Assembly: GCA_040219065.1 (NCBI GenBank)
Contig: JAVJTD010000477.1
Coordinates: forward strand, 1,520 to 65,519
Source of the DNA: Planctomycetota bacterium
Lineage (GTDB): Bacteria; Planctomycetota; OFTM77
Length of the DNA stretch: 64,000 nt
Reading direction: 5' to 3'
The position numbers and the translations under genes are program-made. Shown piece by piece: positions 1 through 8,066 of the stretch. Numbering within the stretch: position 1 is the first letter of the stretch; every line of letters starts with the position of its first letter. The notes under the pieces are model-generated. The model saw only the letters and a program-made list of their open reading frames with translations, had not been told where the DNA came from and made no database searches.

Positions 1-1106
1 TCGGCCTGAATGGCTACTCCTACCTCATCGACCACGACCCGAGCTCCATCGCTCCGGAGAACGTGCTGCTCGGCGAATCGGCCACGTCCCACTCGGTCCT
101 GCTGACCAGCTCCTTGGATCCCTTCTACTTCCACCTTCGCGCTTCGGACGTATGCGGCAACTGGAGCGAGGGAGTGACGGCCGGTCCTTACTTCGTCGAC
201 CTGAATCTCCCCTTCGCCGCGACGAGCTTGATGAGCCCTTCCCATTCGGTCGACACGTGGTCCTCCGATCCGCAGGTCGCTCTGGAATGGACGGCAGCCT
301 TCGACGAGCACAGCGGACTGGCGGGATACTCCCTCTCGGTGAGCGCGGGTGCCGAGCTGCCATCTGACGAGATGACACTGGACGATGTGATCGAGACCAT
401 GGTCCCGATGGCAGATGGCGACGGCTGGTTCGTCAACCTTCGATCGGTGGACGTCGCCGGCAATTGGGAAGATGCCGCTGCATCGATCGGACCGTTCCGC
501 ATCGATACGACTGCCCCGACGGAAGGGACGGTCGCGATCGCATCCGGCGCGCCGCAGACTTCGGTCCTCGTCGTCGATCTGGATGGCCTGGGCGCGACCG
601 AGACCGGCAGCGGCCTGTCGCAGATGCAGCTCTCCAATGACGGCGTGCGCTGGTCACCGCCGGAAGCCGCGGCGGAGACGCGGGGCGACTGGGACCTCTC
701 GGCCTATGGAGGCAACGCCTTCGTCGGCACGAAGACCGTTCACGTCCGATTCCTGGACGTCGCGGGCAACCTGAGCGCGGTCTTCACCGACACGATCGAC
801 TTCCAGCCGGGCCAACCCGAGATCGACGTGATCACACCGAACCGTGGCCCGGGTACCGGCGGCAACACGGTGACGATCACCGGCTCGGGATTCACGTCGG
901 ACTCCCGCGTCCACTTCGGCGGAACGCCGGGCGCCGTGACGTTCGTGAATGGCGGAGAGCTCCGCGTCGTGGTCCCCGGCCGCAAGGCGACGTCCTCCAA
1001 GGAGGGCGATCGTGGCCTCGCCGGCGAAGCCGTCGACGTCGAGGTCCGAACCGATTACGGACGCGACACTCTGAAGAAGGGGTACACCTACGCGCACCGG
1101 CGCTGA
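1..1106 (+). CDS. 5-prime-truncated gene (C-terminal 367 aa present). Secreted beta-propeller-family protein C-terminus with two Y-x-F-x-RA-x-D-x-GNW modules and a terminal IPT/TIG-like domain; paralog of the C-termini of 31656..33755 and 34220..36301
   Basis: Frame 3 is open from the window edge (GLNGYSYLIDHDPSS...) with no stop until 1104..1106. It matches the paralogs over HIRAVDxCGNW..., IQFSNDG..., TKTVHVRFLDVAGN and ITPNRGPGTGGNTVTITGSGFT (IPT/TIG signature). Confidence 0.7.
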   Translation, partial: GLNGYSYLIDHDPSSIAPENVLLGESATSHSVLLTSSLDPFYFHLRASDVCGNWSEGVTAGPYFVDLNLPFAATSLMSPSHSVDTWSSDPQVALEWTAAFDEHSGLAGYSLSVSAGAELPSDEMTLDDVIETMVPMADGDGWFVNLRSVDVAGNWEDAAASIGPFRIDTTAPTEGTVAIASGAPQTSVLVVDLDGLGATETGSGLSQMQLSNDGVRWSPPEAAAETRGDWDLSAYGGNAFVGTKTVHVRFLDVAGNLSAVFTDTIDFQPGQPEIDVITPNRGPGTGGNTVTITGSGFTSDSRVHFGGTPGAVTFVNGGELRVVVPGRKATSSKEGDRGLAGEAVDVEVRTDYGRDTLKKGYTYAHRR

Positions 1107-1130
1107 ACCCAGACCTTTCGCATTCGGAGC

Positions 1131-1146
1131 GCCGGCTTCAGCCGGT
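1131..1146. terminator. GC hairpin GCCGGC-TTCA-GCCGG(T) 25 nt after the stop; member of the recurrent TTCA-loop hairpin motif
   Basis: Inverted repeat seen directly. The same stem-loop recurs at about 7990..8028 and 23118..23131. Confidence 0.35.
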
Positions 1147-1521
1147 CCCACGCGCCTGGAAGAGGACCCAGACCTCCCATCGGAATCTCCGTGACACCAT
1201 GCGTCTGGGTGCAATCGTACCGCCAGACTCTGGCGCCCGACTGCAGTCGCCTCCGCCTCGCGAGTCGATCCGATTGCGAGCTTTGCCACCCTTGGCGGAA
1301 AGGAGTGTCGAGAGACTCCTTCTCCCAAATGGTCGCCCCGACTTGCATCAGGGCGGCCGCTTTCCTGCAAGTCTTGCACGGCAAGTTGCACATTCTTCCA
1401 TCGGGGATTGGGCTGACTGGTCGCTCATGCGGCTTCGAGGGGCGTCGGCATGGCGGGTGCAAGGGAAGCGCCGAACACGAGCCCGTCGGGCTCGCCCTCT
1501 CAGCACTGAAAGGAGATCGAC

Positions 1522-2073
1522 ATGAAGCGGCGCCCTCACCTCGGCAAGACGATTCTCGGTGGCGTCGTCGGAACGCTCTTCATCACCCTCGGCATGTACT
1601 GGGTGGCACCCATCGTCCTCGGTCACGAGATGGACATGGCGACTCTGATCGGAGAGCGCATCGGCGCCGGACAGACGTCAGGCATGATCCTTCACATCCT
1701 CGCCGGCTCTTTGGTCTTTCCGCTCTTCTATGCGATGGTGGCGATTCGGATCTTCCCGGGCGCCCCGCTCACAAAAGGCGTTCTCTGGGGCGTCTCTCTC
1801 TGGCTCTTCTCCGGCTTGATCGCGACACCATTCTTCGGGGGTGCCTTGTTCGGAGGCGCCATCGCCGTGGCGCTCTTCTCGCTCGCCGGACACCTCATCT
1901 ACGGCGCTGTCCAAGGCGCGATCGCGGGTCCGCTGCGCGAGCCTCGCGAGCGGCCTGCCGGTCACACTCCCTCGGCAACACCCGATGGCGCGACGACACC
2001 GATGAAGCACGCGGGTCCAACCGTGGGAGGAACTCAGCCGATCCTGAATCGTGACGAGAGGCCGAAAGCGTAG
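1522..2073 (+). CDS. Hypothetical integral membrane protein (about 4-5 TM helices), 183 aa
   Basis: ATG at 1522 preceded by AGGAG (1511..1515). Hydrophobic segments GGVVGTLFITLGMYWVAPIV, ILHILAGSLVFPLFYAMVAI, WGVSLWLFSGLIATPFFGGALFGGAIAVALFSLAGHLIYG. Confidence 0.6.
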   Translation: MKRRPHLGKTILGGVVGTLFITLGMYWVAPIVLGHEMDMATLIGERIGAGQTSGMILHILAGSLVFPLFYAMVAIRIFPGAPLTKGVLWGVSLWLFSGLIATPFFGGALFGGAIAVALFSLAGHLIYGAVQGAIAGPLREPRERPAGHTPSATPDGATTPMKHAGPTVGGTQPILNRDERPKA

Positions 2074-2227
2074 ATGCTGCTTGGGCGACACGCCCAACGC
2101 AAGATCGTCGGTGGTCGGCCCCATCTACCTCTGGAGAGGCGGCTCTGGTCGAACGGCCTGTCAGAATCGAACGAGGGGCCAGCGCGGTGGCGCTGGCCCT
2201 CAGTCGTTCGCGAGCGATCGCCCTCAC

Positions 2228-2352
2228 TTCGGGCGGATATTCTGAAGCGGAAGAAGTTGTCGGGGTCCCAGCGCCACTTGACCTCGACCAGGCGACTCCA
2301 AACTTCGGGTGAGTAGGCCTGTCTCACTCGCTCTTCACCCGGATGTTCCACC
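2228..2352 (-). pseudogene. Relic fragment (about 40 codons) homologous to the C-terminal end of the BBE-like FAD oxidase gene at 2904..4274
   Basis: DNA 2238..2338 is about 85% identical to 2922..3010 (gcggaagaagttgtcggggtcccagc...gagtagg...tcactcg). Translation GEERVRQAYSPEVWSRLVEVKWRWDPDNFFRF matches GEEGDDRVKQAYSPKVWSRLVEVKRSWDPDNFFRF. No upstream remainder of the gene is present. Confidence 0.55.
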
Positions 2353-2358
2353 ATCGAA

Positions 2359-2497
2359 GGTGGGACATCTGTGCCGGGAACAGATTGCCAAGGTGGGACA
2401 TCTGTGCCGGGAACAGATTGCCAAGGTGGGACATCTGTGCCGGGAACAGATTGCCAAACAGTGAGGTGGGACATCTGTGCCGGGAACAGATTGCCAA
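2359..2497 (+). repeat. Tandem direct-repeat array: 33-bp unit GGTGGGACATCTGTGCCGGGAACAGATTGCCAA x4 (three copies head-to-tail with zero spacing, then a 7-nt ACAGTGA, then a fourth identical copy)
   Basis: Identical copies at 2359..2391, 2392..2424, 2425..2457, 2465..2497. Each unit contains the inverted repeat ATCTGT-GCCGGGA-ACAGAT. The same unit causes the repeated peptides in the overlapping ORF-track entries. Confidence 0.9.
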
Positions 2498-2499
2498 CC

Positions 2500-2781
2500 T
2501 TACCGCTTGTCTGGCCAGACCACGCCCTCGTCTCGCTCGGTCGCCTCCTGCCGCCTCGTCTCTTCCCAGGTGCGCACCTCGGTGCGGTTCGCGCCGCGGC
2601 GCTGGGCCTCCTGGAACCGCTGGTGGACTCGGGTTCGGACCGGCTTCGACCAGCGCGACTCGCGGAGCTTCTGCATGACCGCCTGGTTCGGGACGGGGCT
2701 CTTCATCGGGGGTCGGACCCACTCATGGAGAAGGGCGCGGCCGACTCCGAAAGCCAACAAGATCAACAAGAATCGCTTCAT
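2500..2781 (-). CDS. Small basic protein with N-terminal signal-like segment, 93 aa (MKRFLLILLAFGVGRALL...), hypothetical
   Basis: ATG at 2779..2781 (minus) with GGAG 9-12 nt upstream. The stop at 2500 lies 2 nt from the last repeat unit. Local GC is lower than the rest of the window. Confidence 0.45.
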   Translation of the reverse strand: MKRFLLILLAFGVGRALLHEWVRPPMKSPVPNQAVMQKLRESRWSKPVRTRVHQRFQEAQRRGANRTEVRTWEETRRQEATERDEGVVWPDKR

Positions 2782-2903
2782 CTTCGGATCTCCAGCAGTA
2801 TCTCGTCTCTCGATTCCTTGAAGGTAGGCGAGAGAGGGGAGCGAACTGGCCGGAGAAAAATCGGGAGAGGGGCCGGAGGCAGGCTTCCTGCCCCCCTCCT
2901 CCA

Positions 2904-4274
2904 TCAGCTCGGCCGGATGTTCTGGTTGAAGCGGAAGAAGTTGTCGGGGTCCCAGCTCCGTTTGACTTCGACCAGGCGGCTCCAGACCTTCGGCGAGTAG
3001 GCTTGTTTCACTCGATCGTCACCTTCCTCGCCGAGGAAGTTGACGTAGACGCCGCGGGCGAAGGGCTCGGTGGCTTCGTGTATCGCCCGGGCCCAGGCGA
3101 TGCACCGCGCGTCGTCCTCACGATTTCGCCAACGCGTATGGACGTTCATCAGGAACGGGGTGTACCGGTGGGCAAAGGCCGTCGCGTCCTCTTCGACCCG
3201 GCTGGGTGCGCCCTCCATGTGGGGGATGAAGACTTCACACTCCTCCGTCGGCATGCTGCCCGCGAGCTCGAGGATCCGATCGACGCAATCGTCCTCGAGG
3301 CTCTCGAGATGATGGGACTTCCAGTAGTTTCGGGCGCCGTGGGTGACCAGCCCGTCGAAGAGCGACTGCCAGGTCGTCCAGGCGTGCATCCCGATGCCCT
3401 CCCCGAGCGTCTCGCCGTGCTCACGAAGCGGCTGGATGAGATCGACACCCTTCTCGGGGTCGCCCAGCCAGACGAAGGGCAAGATCACGACCTTCTGACC
3501 GTGCACCGCTTCGGGGAGGAACGGCAAGGGCGGCGCGTGGCGGAGCACCATCCAGACCGTCATCTCGTCGGGCAACCCGCGCACGAAGTCTCGGTGGAAC
3601 GCGATGTACTCCTTCGCCTCCTCGAACGGCTTGACGATAAGGCCCGAGTAGACCTCCCGGCCGATCTCGGCACAACGGAGCTCGAGGGACGTCACGATGC
3701 CGAAGTTTCCACCGCCGCCGCGAATTCCCCAGAAGAGGTCCGGGTTCTCGTCGGCGCTGGCCCGGACCACTCGCCCGTCAGCCGTGACGACGTCGGCGGC
3801 GAGGAGGTTGTCGATCGAAAGGCCCTGCGAGCGACTGATCCACCCGAAGCCGCCGCCGAGCGTCAGGCCACCCACCCCGGTATGGGACACGATGCCCGAC
3901 GAGACGGCCAGGCCATGAAGCTGCGTCTCGACGTCCACGTCGCCGAGCAACGCGCCGCCATCGACTCGAGCGATCTTCTTGTGAGGATCGACGTTCACCC
4001 GGCGCATCGCCGAGAGGTCGATCATCCACGTGTCGTCGGCGATGGCCGTCCCAGCGGAGTTGTGGCCTCCTCCCCGAACGGTCACCGAGATGCCGTTCTC
4101 CCTCGCCAGGCTCACGGCCGTGATCACATCCGCCGTGCCCACGCACTGCACGATCGCGCTCGGTCGCCGATCGAACATCCCGTTCCAAACTTGGCGCGCC
4201 GAGTCGTAGCTTGCGGCGTCCGGCGTCAGCACATCGCCGCGGATCCTGTTCTGAAGTGTCTCGACTGCCGTCAT
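2904..4274 (-). CDS. FAD-binding oxidoreductase, berberine-bridge-enzyme-like (FAD_binding_4 plus BBE C-terminal domain), 456 aa
   Basis: GGGHNSAG, GGGFGWISRSQGLSIDNLL, GIRGGGGNFGIVTSLELR motifs. Start chosen at the ATG at 4272..4274 (MTAVETL...) because GGAGGA lies 5 nt upstream. The in-frame ATG at 4313 is an alternative. Confidence 0.85.
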   Translation of the reverse strand: MTAVETLQNRIRGDVLTPDAASYDSARQVWNGMFDRRPSAIVQCVGTADVITAVSLARENGISVTVRGGGHNSAGTAIADDTWMIDLSAMRRVNVDPHKKIARVDGGALLGDVDVETQLHGLAVSSGIVSHTGVGGLTLGGGFGWISRSQGLSIDNLLAADVVTADGRVVRASADENPDLFWGIRGGGGNFGIVTSLELRCAEIGREVYSGLIVKPFEEAKEYIAFHRDFVRGLPDEMTVWMVLRHAPPLPFLPEAVHGQKVVILPFVWLGDPEKGVDLIQPLREHGETLGEGIGMHAWTTWQSLFDGLVTHGARNYWKSHHLESLEDDCVDRILELAGSMPTEECEVFIPHMEGAPSRVEEDATAFAHRYTPFLMNVHTRWRNREDDARCIAWARAIHEATEPFARGVYVNFLGEEGDDRVKQAYSPKVWSRLVEVKRSWDPDNFFRFNQNIRPS

Positions 4275-4676
4275 GGCATCCTCCGTAAAGTCGACGTTCT
4301 CGCGGATCTGCATCCGCGTCGGTCTCGATCTCTGGAGGAAGAAACACGATCGGGCGGCAATCACCGCAAGCGCGATTCGGGAGGTCACAGGGGCCGGACT
4401 GGGGGGAAACGTGCTTGGTGCAATGGAGTGCCCAAGCCGAGGGAGCCAAAGACCGAGTCTGTCGGTGAGAGCACTGCGCAAGCGAGCTTGGGCCGGGGAC
4501 GAGCTTGGCCACGGAGCTTCAGATGTGAAGCTCGAGTCCTCTCCGAAGCGCCACGATGGAGGACACGGAGACCGGCTGAAGCCGGCGGTCCGAATGTGGC
4601 CCGAGGCGGGCGAGACGCCCGCGTTCCCAGTGGTTTCAGCTCAGGGCTCCCGACGGGGAGCTCTTCGCCCTCCCGC

Positions 4677-7064
4677 TCAACGGACGAGCGTCGCTTCGGC
4701 CTCGCCGCCGCCGCTTACCCGAACGGCGATCTCACCGTGCGTCTCCAATCCGGCTCCCGTGATCAGGGCCTCACCATCCCTGCGAAGCAGCACCGTCACC
4801 CGCCGCTCCCCACTCGTGGCACGCAGAACGTAGCCGCCGTCGACCTCCTCGAGCATCGATGCGGGTGGCGTGCCGGCCACCGCTTCGGGATCTTCTGCCC
4901 CATTCCGACGCCAAACGCGAATCACGGTGACGAAGGTCTGCGACGAGGCCTTCTCCTCGGTCTCGGCCGTGAGGTGGAATTGGGTCAGCGTCACTCGCTC
5001 GCGCGGCGGCGGGTCGCACCGGTCGACCTGGGAGAGGCCCACCTTCGGCGCAAGGTGCTCGATGCGGCAGGCGACGTCATCGAGACGCAGTAGGGTCGTT
5101 TGGCCGTCGATCTCGAATGGGGCGAGTGCGTGGAGGAACCACTGCATCTTCTGGGGCGCCTTCGAGTGGATCCGGTCGTGAACGACGATCAAGTCGGGCT
5201 TCACGAAGAGGATCCCTCGGTCGAACCGCTCGACGTCCTTCGCGTAGGAAGCCGCTGCCTCGCCTCGCACATAATCGATCGTCTCCGTGGTGACGAAGTC
5301 TCCGATCCGTCCCACGGCCGCGGCCGAGTGCGCCCTCTGCCCGTGACCGCCGATCGCGATGCTGTTGGTCGACTTCGTCTGCCACATCCACTTCGTGTGA
5401 TGGTCCGAGCCGTAGACATCACGCTGGCCGCTCCGGATGAGCAGCCTCTTCCCGAAGGCCGTCACGAGGAAAGAGTTGTTCGAGTCGTAACCGTGGCTCT
5501 GCGTTCCGAAGGGGCTGGACTTGAAGCGGATGCCGATATTGTCCCGGCCGTCGAGGATCGTCGAGTTCAGCACGGCGACGCCGGTGCCCTCGAAGAGCTT
5601 CGAGGTCGGAAGATCCGCAGGCGCCTTCGGCGCGACGTCCGCACTCGCCGAGCGCAGGAACCCGATGAAGCCGCCGACCGACTTCGGTCCGCCCGCTTGC
5701 TCGACGTACCAACGCCAGTAGGCGTTGCCGGCCTGTTGCGCGAGCGTCGTCATGAACGGGCGCAGGCGCTCGGCGTCGGTGCGTTGGGCCAGGTCACCGA
5801 AGCCGCCGCCGGTCGAGCCGGGCGGCACGAGATACAGCGCGAAGTCACCGCAGTTGGCGAAGAATGGCAGGCGATAGGCATCGAGACCGACCGCCGCCTT
5901 CATGACGTCTGCCCACCAGGTGAAGCGCGAGAGGTACGACTGCCAGTACGCCATGCCCTCGTGCCAGCCGCCGTCGGCATCCGACCAGACCGGATAGACA
6001 TTGGCGAACACGTTCAGAGCGAACCACACCCAATCCTCGGCCTCGGGGATCTCGCCATGAAACGCGATCCCCACTTCGCCGAGGAAGTGCCAGGCGCGAT
6101 TCGAGTGACTGGAGTACGGCTGCCACAGATGCCGCGGATGGAGATGCGCATACATCTCCCGGCCCCGAATGCGCATGACCTTCTGGCAAGCAGTCCGCTC
6201 CTCCTCACTCAGGAAGTCGTGCAGGAACGTGTAGGTGCGGCTGAAGTGATAGGCGTAGGGCATGCCCGCCTCATCGTTGTACCGGTACCCGGTCGCGCCT
6301 TTCGGGTCCCAGGCCGCCGCCGCCATCAAGAGGTCCTTGGCAGCGCGGCCGAAGCGCTCATCACCTTCGAGCCAGTAGGCGAACGCCAGCTTGGAGGCGT
6401 TCTCGAGGACTTCGATCGTGTACCTCCGATTACCCCACCAGATCGCGCGCCACTCTTCGCTCTTGTAAACGGTGCCTTCGGGATACTTCGGAGGCTCTTC
6501 AGAATCGGGCGGGTCGGAGAGGAGCTTCTCGCAATGCTCGATCAGCGCCCGGTAGTCGGTACTGTCATCCTTGACGGATCTCAGGAGCTCCTGCTGCTCC
6601 GGCCGGACGAAGAGCCGCGGATGGGAACCGGGGACACGGGCCAAGAGTGACTCGCGAGCCGGGAGCGGGAAGGAGACGGCGTCTTCGGGGACGACGAAGC
6701 TCCGGGCTCGGCTCCACTCGGAGATGTCATCGCCATGGCGAACCCGGAACCGCCAATGCCAACTTCCGGGCGCGAGCGCCTCGTTCGGACAATGGACGTT
6801 GAAGGCGATGTCTTTGCTCTGATAGGCGAGGTCTTCGAAGCCCTCGTCGCGGGCGATCTGCAGCTCGTAGCTCGAAGCGTCCTTCTGGGGGCGCCAGGAA
6901 AACGCGGGCGGTGTCCGGTGCACCGCCGATTGATGAGCCGGGCGGAAGCCCCAATCGCCATCTTTGGCCGGCCGCTCGTCGACAGGTTGAGCGAACGTCG
7001 TCGCCGTGAGCAGCGCCATCATCAGTCCGCATCGAGTCGATCGATCGAGCACCGAGACCTCCAT
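4677..7064 (-). CDS. Secreted DUF4962/heparinase II/III-like (alginate-lyase-fold) family protein, about 795 aa
   Basis: Long conserved ORF. Signal peptide MEVSVLDRSTRCGLMMALLTATTFA-QP. Central region with W/Y-rich alpha/alpha-toroid-like motifs (WHEGMAYWQSYLSRFTWWADV...) typical of the Hepar_II_III family. The family call rests on recognition of these motifs. Confidence 0.55.
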   Translation of the reverse strand: MEVSVLDRSTRCGLMMALLTATTFAQPVDERPAKDGDWGFRPAHQSAVHRTPPAFSWRPQKDASSYELQIARDEGFEDLAYQSKDIAFNVHCPNEALAPGSWHWRFRVRHGDDISEWSRARSFVVPEDAVSFPLPARESLLARVPGSHPRLFVRPEQQELLRSVKDDSTDYRALIEHCEKLLSDPPDSEEPPKYPEGTVYKSEEWRAIWWGNRRYTIEVLENASKLAFAYWLEGDERFGRAAKDLLMAAAAWDPKGATGYRYNDEAGMPYAYHFSRTYTFLHDFLSEEERTACQKVMRIRGREMYAHLHPRHLWQPYSSHSNRAWHFLGEVGIAFHGEIPEAEDWVWFALNVFANVYPVWSDADGGWHEGMAYWQSYLSRFTWWADVMKAAVGLDAYRLPFFANCGDFALYLVPPGSTGGGFGDLAQRTDAERLRPFMTTLAQQAGNAYWRWYVEQAGGPKSVGGFIGFLRSASADVAPKAPADLPTSKLFEGTGVAVLNSTILDGRDNIGIRFKSSPFGTQSHGYDSNNSFLVTAFGKRLLIRSGQRDVYGSDHHTKWMWQTKSTNSIAIGGHGQRAHSAAAVGRIGDFVTTETIDYVRGEAAASYAKDVERFDRGILFVKPDLIVVHDRIHSKAPQKMQWFLHALAPFEIDGQTTLLRLDDVACRIEHLAPKVGLSQVDRCDPPPRERVTLTQFHLTAETEEKASSQTFVTVIRVWRRNGAEDPEAVAGTPPASMLEEVDGGYVLRATSGERRVTVLLRRDGEALITGAGLETHGEIAVRVSGGGEAEATLVR

Positions 7065-7243
7065 CCATGCGATTCCCTGTCCTGCGGTGTCCTTCCGCGC
7101 AGGCATCCTTCCCTCGAATCTTCCATGAATGTGCCTCGAGGTTCCAGGAGCTCGCTCGATCATCACCCCGTTGACAAGAGGGCTCTCCTGTCAATACTGG
7201 GATCGAGCTTTCCGACACAACTCGGACAAGAGGACCCAATCAG

Positions 7244-7870
7244 ATGCGCCAAGCCATCATCGCGCTCACGGTCTGCACGTTGCTCGTCGTGCTCGTCACG
7301 TCGGCAGGCTCGAACCCGGCAAGTCTCGAGCGGCCGCCGACACCCGTCGAAGTCGTCAACGATTCGAGCGCTCCGCTCCCCGTCGAGGTGTACAGTGCCC
7401 CGGACGCTCCCGTGAGCGTGGACATCTCCAACGGACCCGACGCTCCGGTTCCGATGCAGTCCGTACCCGGTCCCGAGCCATTCCAATTCTGGAATTCCTA
7501 CGATTGGGACGAGGCGGACGGCTTCTTCGCAGTGCCCGAAGTGCTGGTCGTGCCTCCCGGCAAGATCCTCGTCATCGAGTTCATCACGATGAACTTCACC
7601 ATCGGCTACGACGAGAATCTCGTCCGACCGACGATCGAGATCGGCCTGCCCTTTCAGGGGATTCGCCACATCATCAAGTGTGATCGCATGACTCCGGACG
7701 GCAAGGTTGCCTATCTCGACAACCCGCCATTCTTCGGCCACTGGACCGCGACCGAGATGGTGAAGATCTACGCCAAGGGCAACATCGCTTTCCATGCCCG
7801 GCGCGAGAACAGCCCCTTCGTCGACGGCGCCGTCAACCTGTCGATCTCGGGTTACCTGATCGACGAGTAA
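7244..7870 (+). CDS. Hypothetical secreted protein, 208 aa
   Basis: ATG 7244 with AGAGGA 8 nt upstream. Signal peptide MRQAIIALTVCTLLVVLVTSAGS. No recognised domain. Confidence 0.55.
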   Translation: MRQAIIALTVCTLLVVLVTSAGSNPASLERPPTPVEVVNDSSAPLPVEVYSAPDAPVSVDISNGPDAPVPMQSVPGPEPFQFWNSYDWDEADGFFAVPEVLVVPPGKILVIEFITMNFTIGYDENLVRPTIEIGLPFQGIRHIIKCDRMTPDGKVAYLDNPPFFGHWTATEMVKIYAKGNIAFHARRENSPFVDGAVNLSISGYLIDE

Positions 7871-7882
7871 CCCAGCCGAGAA

Positions 7883-7912
7883 GCTCGATCGAAGCGTTCG
7901 CTTCGATCGAGC
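7883..7912. terminator. Perfect 13-bp palindrome GCTCGATCGAAGC-GTTC-GCTTCGATCGAGC between convergent genes; likely bidirectional terminator
   Basis: Exact inverted repeat read from the sequence 13 nt after the 7870 stop and before the 8067 stop of the opposing gene. Confidence 0.5.
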
Positions 7913-7989
7913 AGTCTCGCGCCATTCCTGATCTTTGGTCAGGTTGCGAGACTGCCGCCTCTCTCCCACGACCGCGGTCTCTCGTATCC

Positions 7990-8051
7990 CCTGGCTTCAG
8001 CCAGGTTGTCCCCCCGGCTTCAGCCGGGTCGAATGCGGGCTGGAAGCCCGC
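7990..8051 (-). terminator. Three consecutive short GC hairpins (CCTGGC-TTCA-GCCAGG, CCCGGC-TTCA-GCCGGG, GCGGGC-TGGAA-GCCCGC) immediately 3-prime of the S8 peptidase gene
   Basis: Inverted repeats seen directly. The TTCA-loop hairpin motif is shared with 1131..1146 and 23118..23131. Confidence 0.4.
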
Positions 8052-8066
8052 GCTCCATCGATTCCC

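Noticed and set aside
1375-1400. Sigma-54-like promoter TTGCAC-N6-TTGCAC (and similar TGCAAC/TGCAC cluster at 29931..29955)
   Set aside because: Spacing is one nucleotide off from the TGGCAC-N5-TTGC consensus and the GG dinucleotide is absent. Not supportable.
2359-2497. Possible CRISPR array
   Set aside because: The repeats are contiguous with zero-length spacers (one 7-nt gap only). There are no cas genes. The unit recurs singly elsewhere. This is a tandem direct repeat, not CRISPR.
3003-5093. Very long antisense ORFs (for example 3003..5093 +, 7935..9341 +, 15568..16797 -, 17472..19037 -, 22143..23060 -, 25294..26445 +, 34214..36331 +, 44208..46544 +)
   Set aside because: They overlap well-supported genes on the opposite strand, have Arg/Ala/Gly/Pro-dominated low-complexity translations, and are expected by chance at about 68% GC because stop codons are rare.
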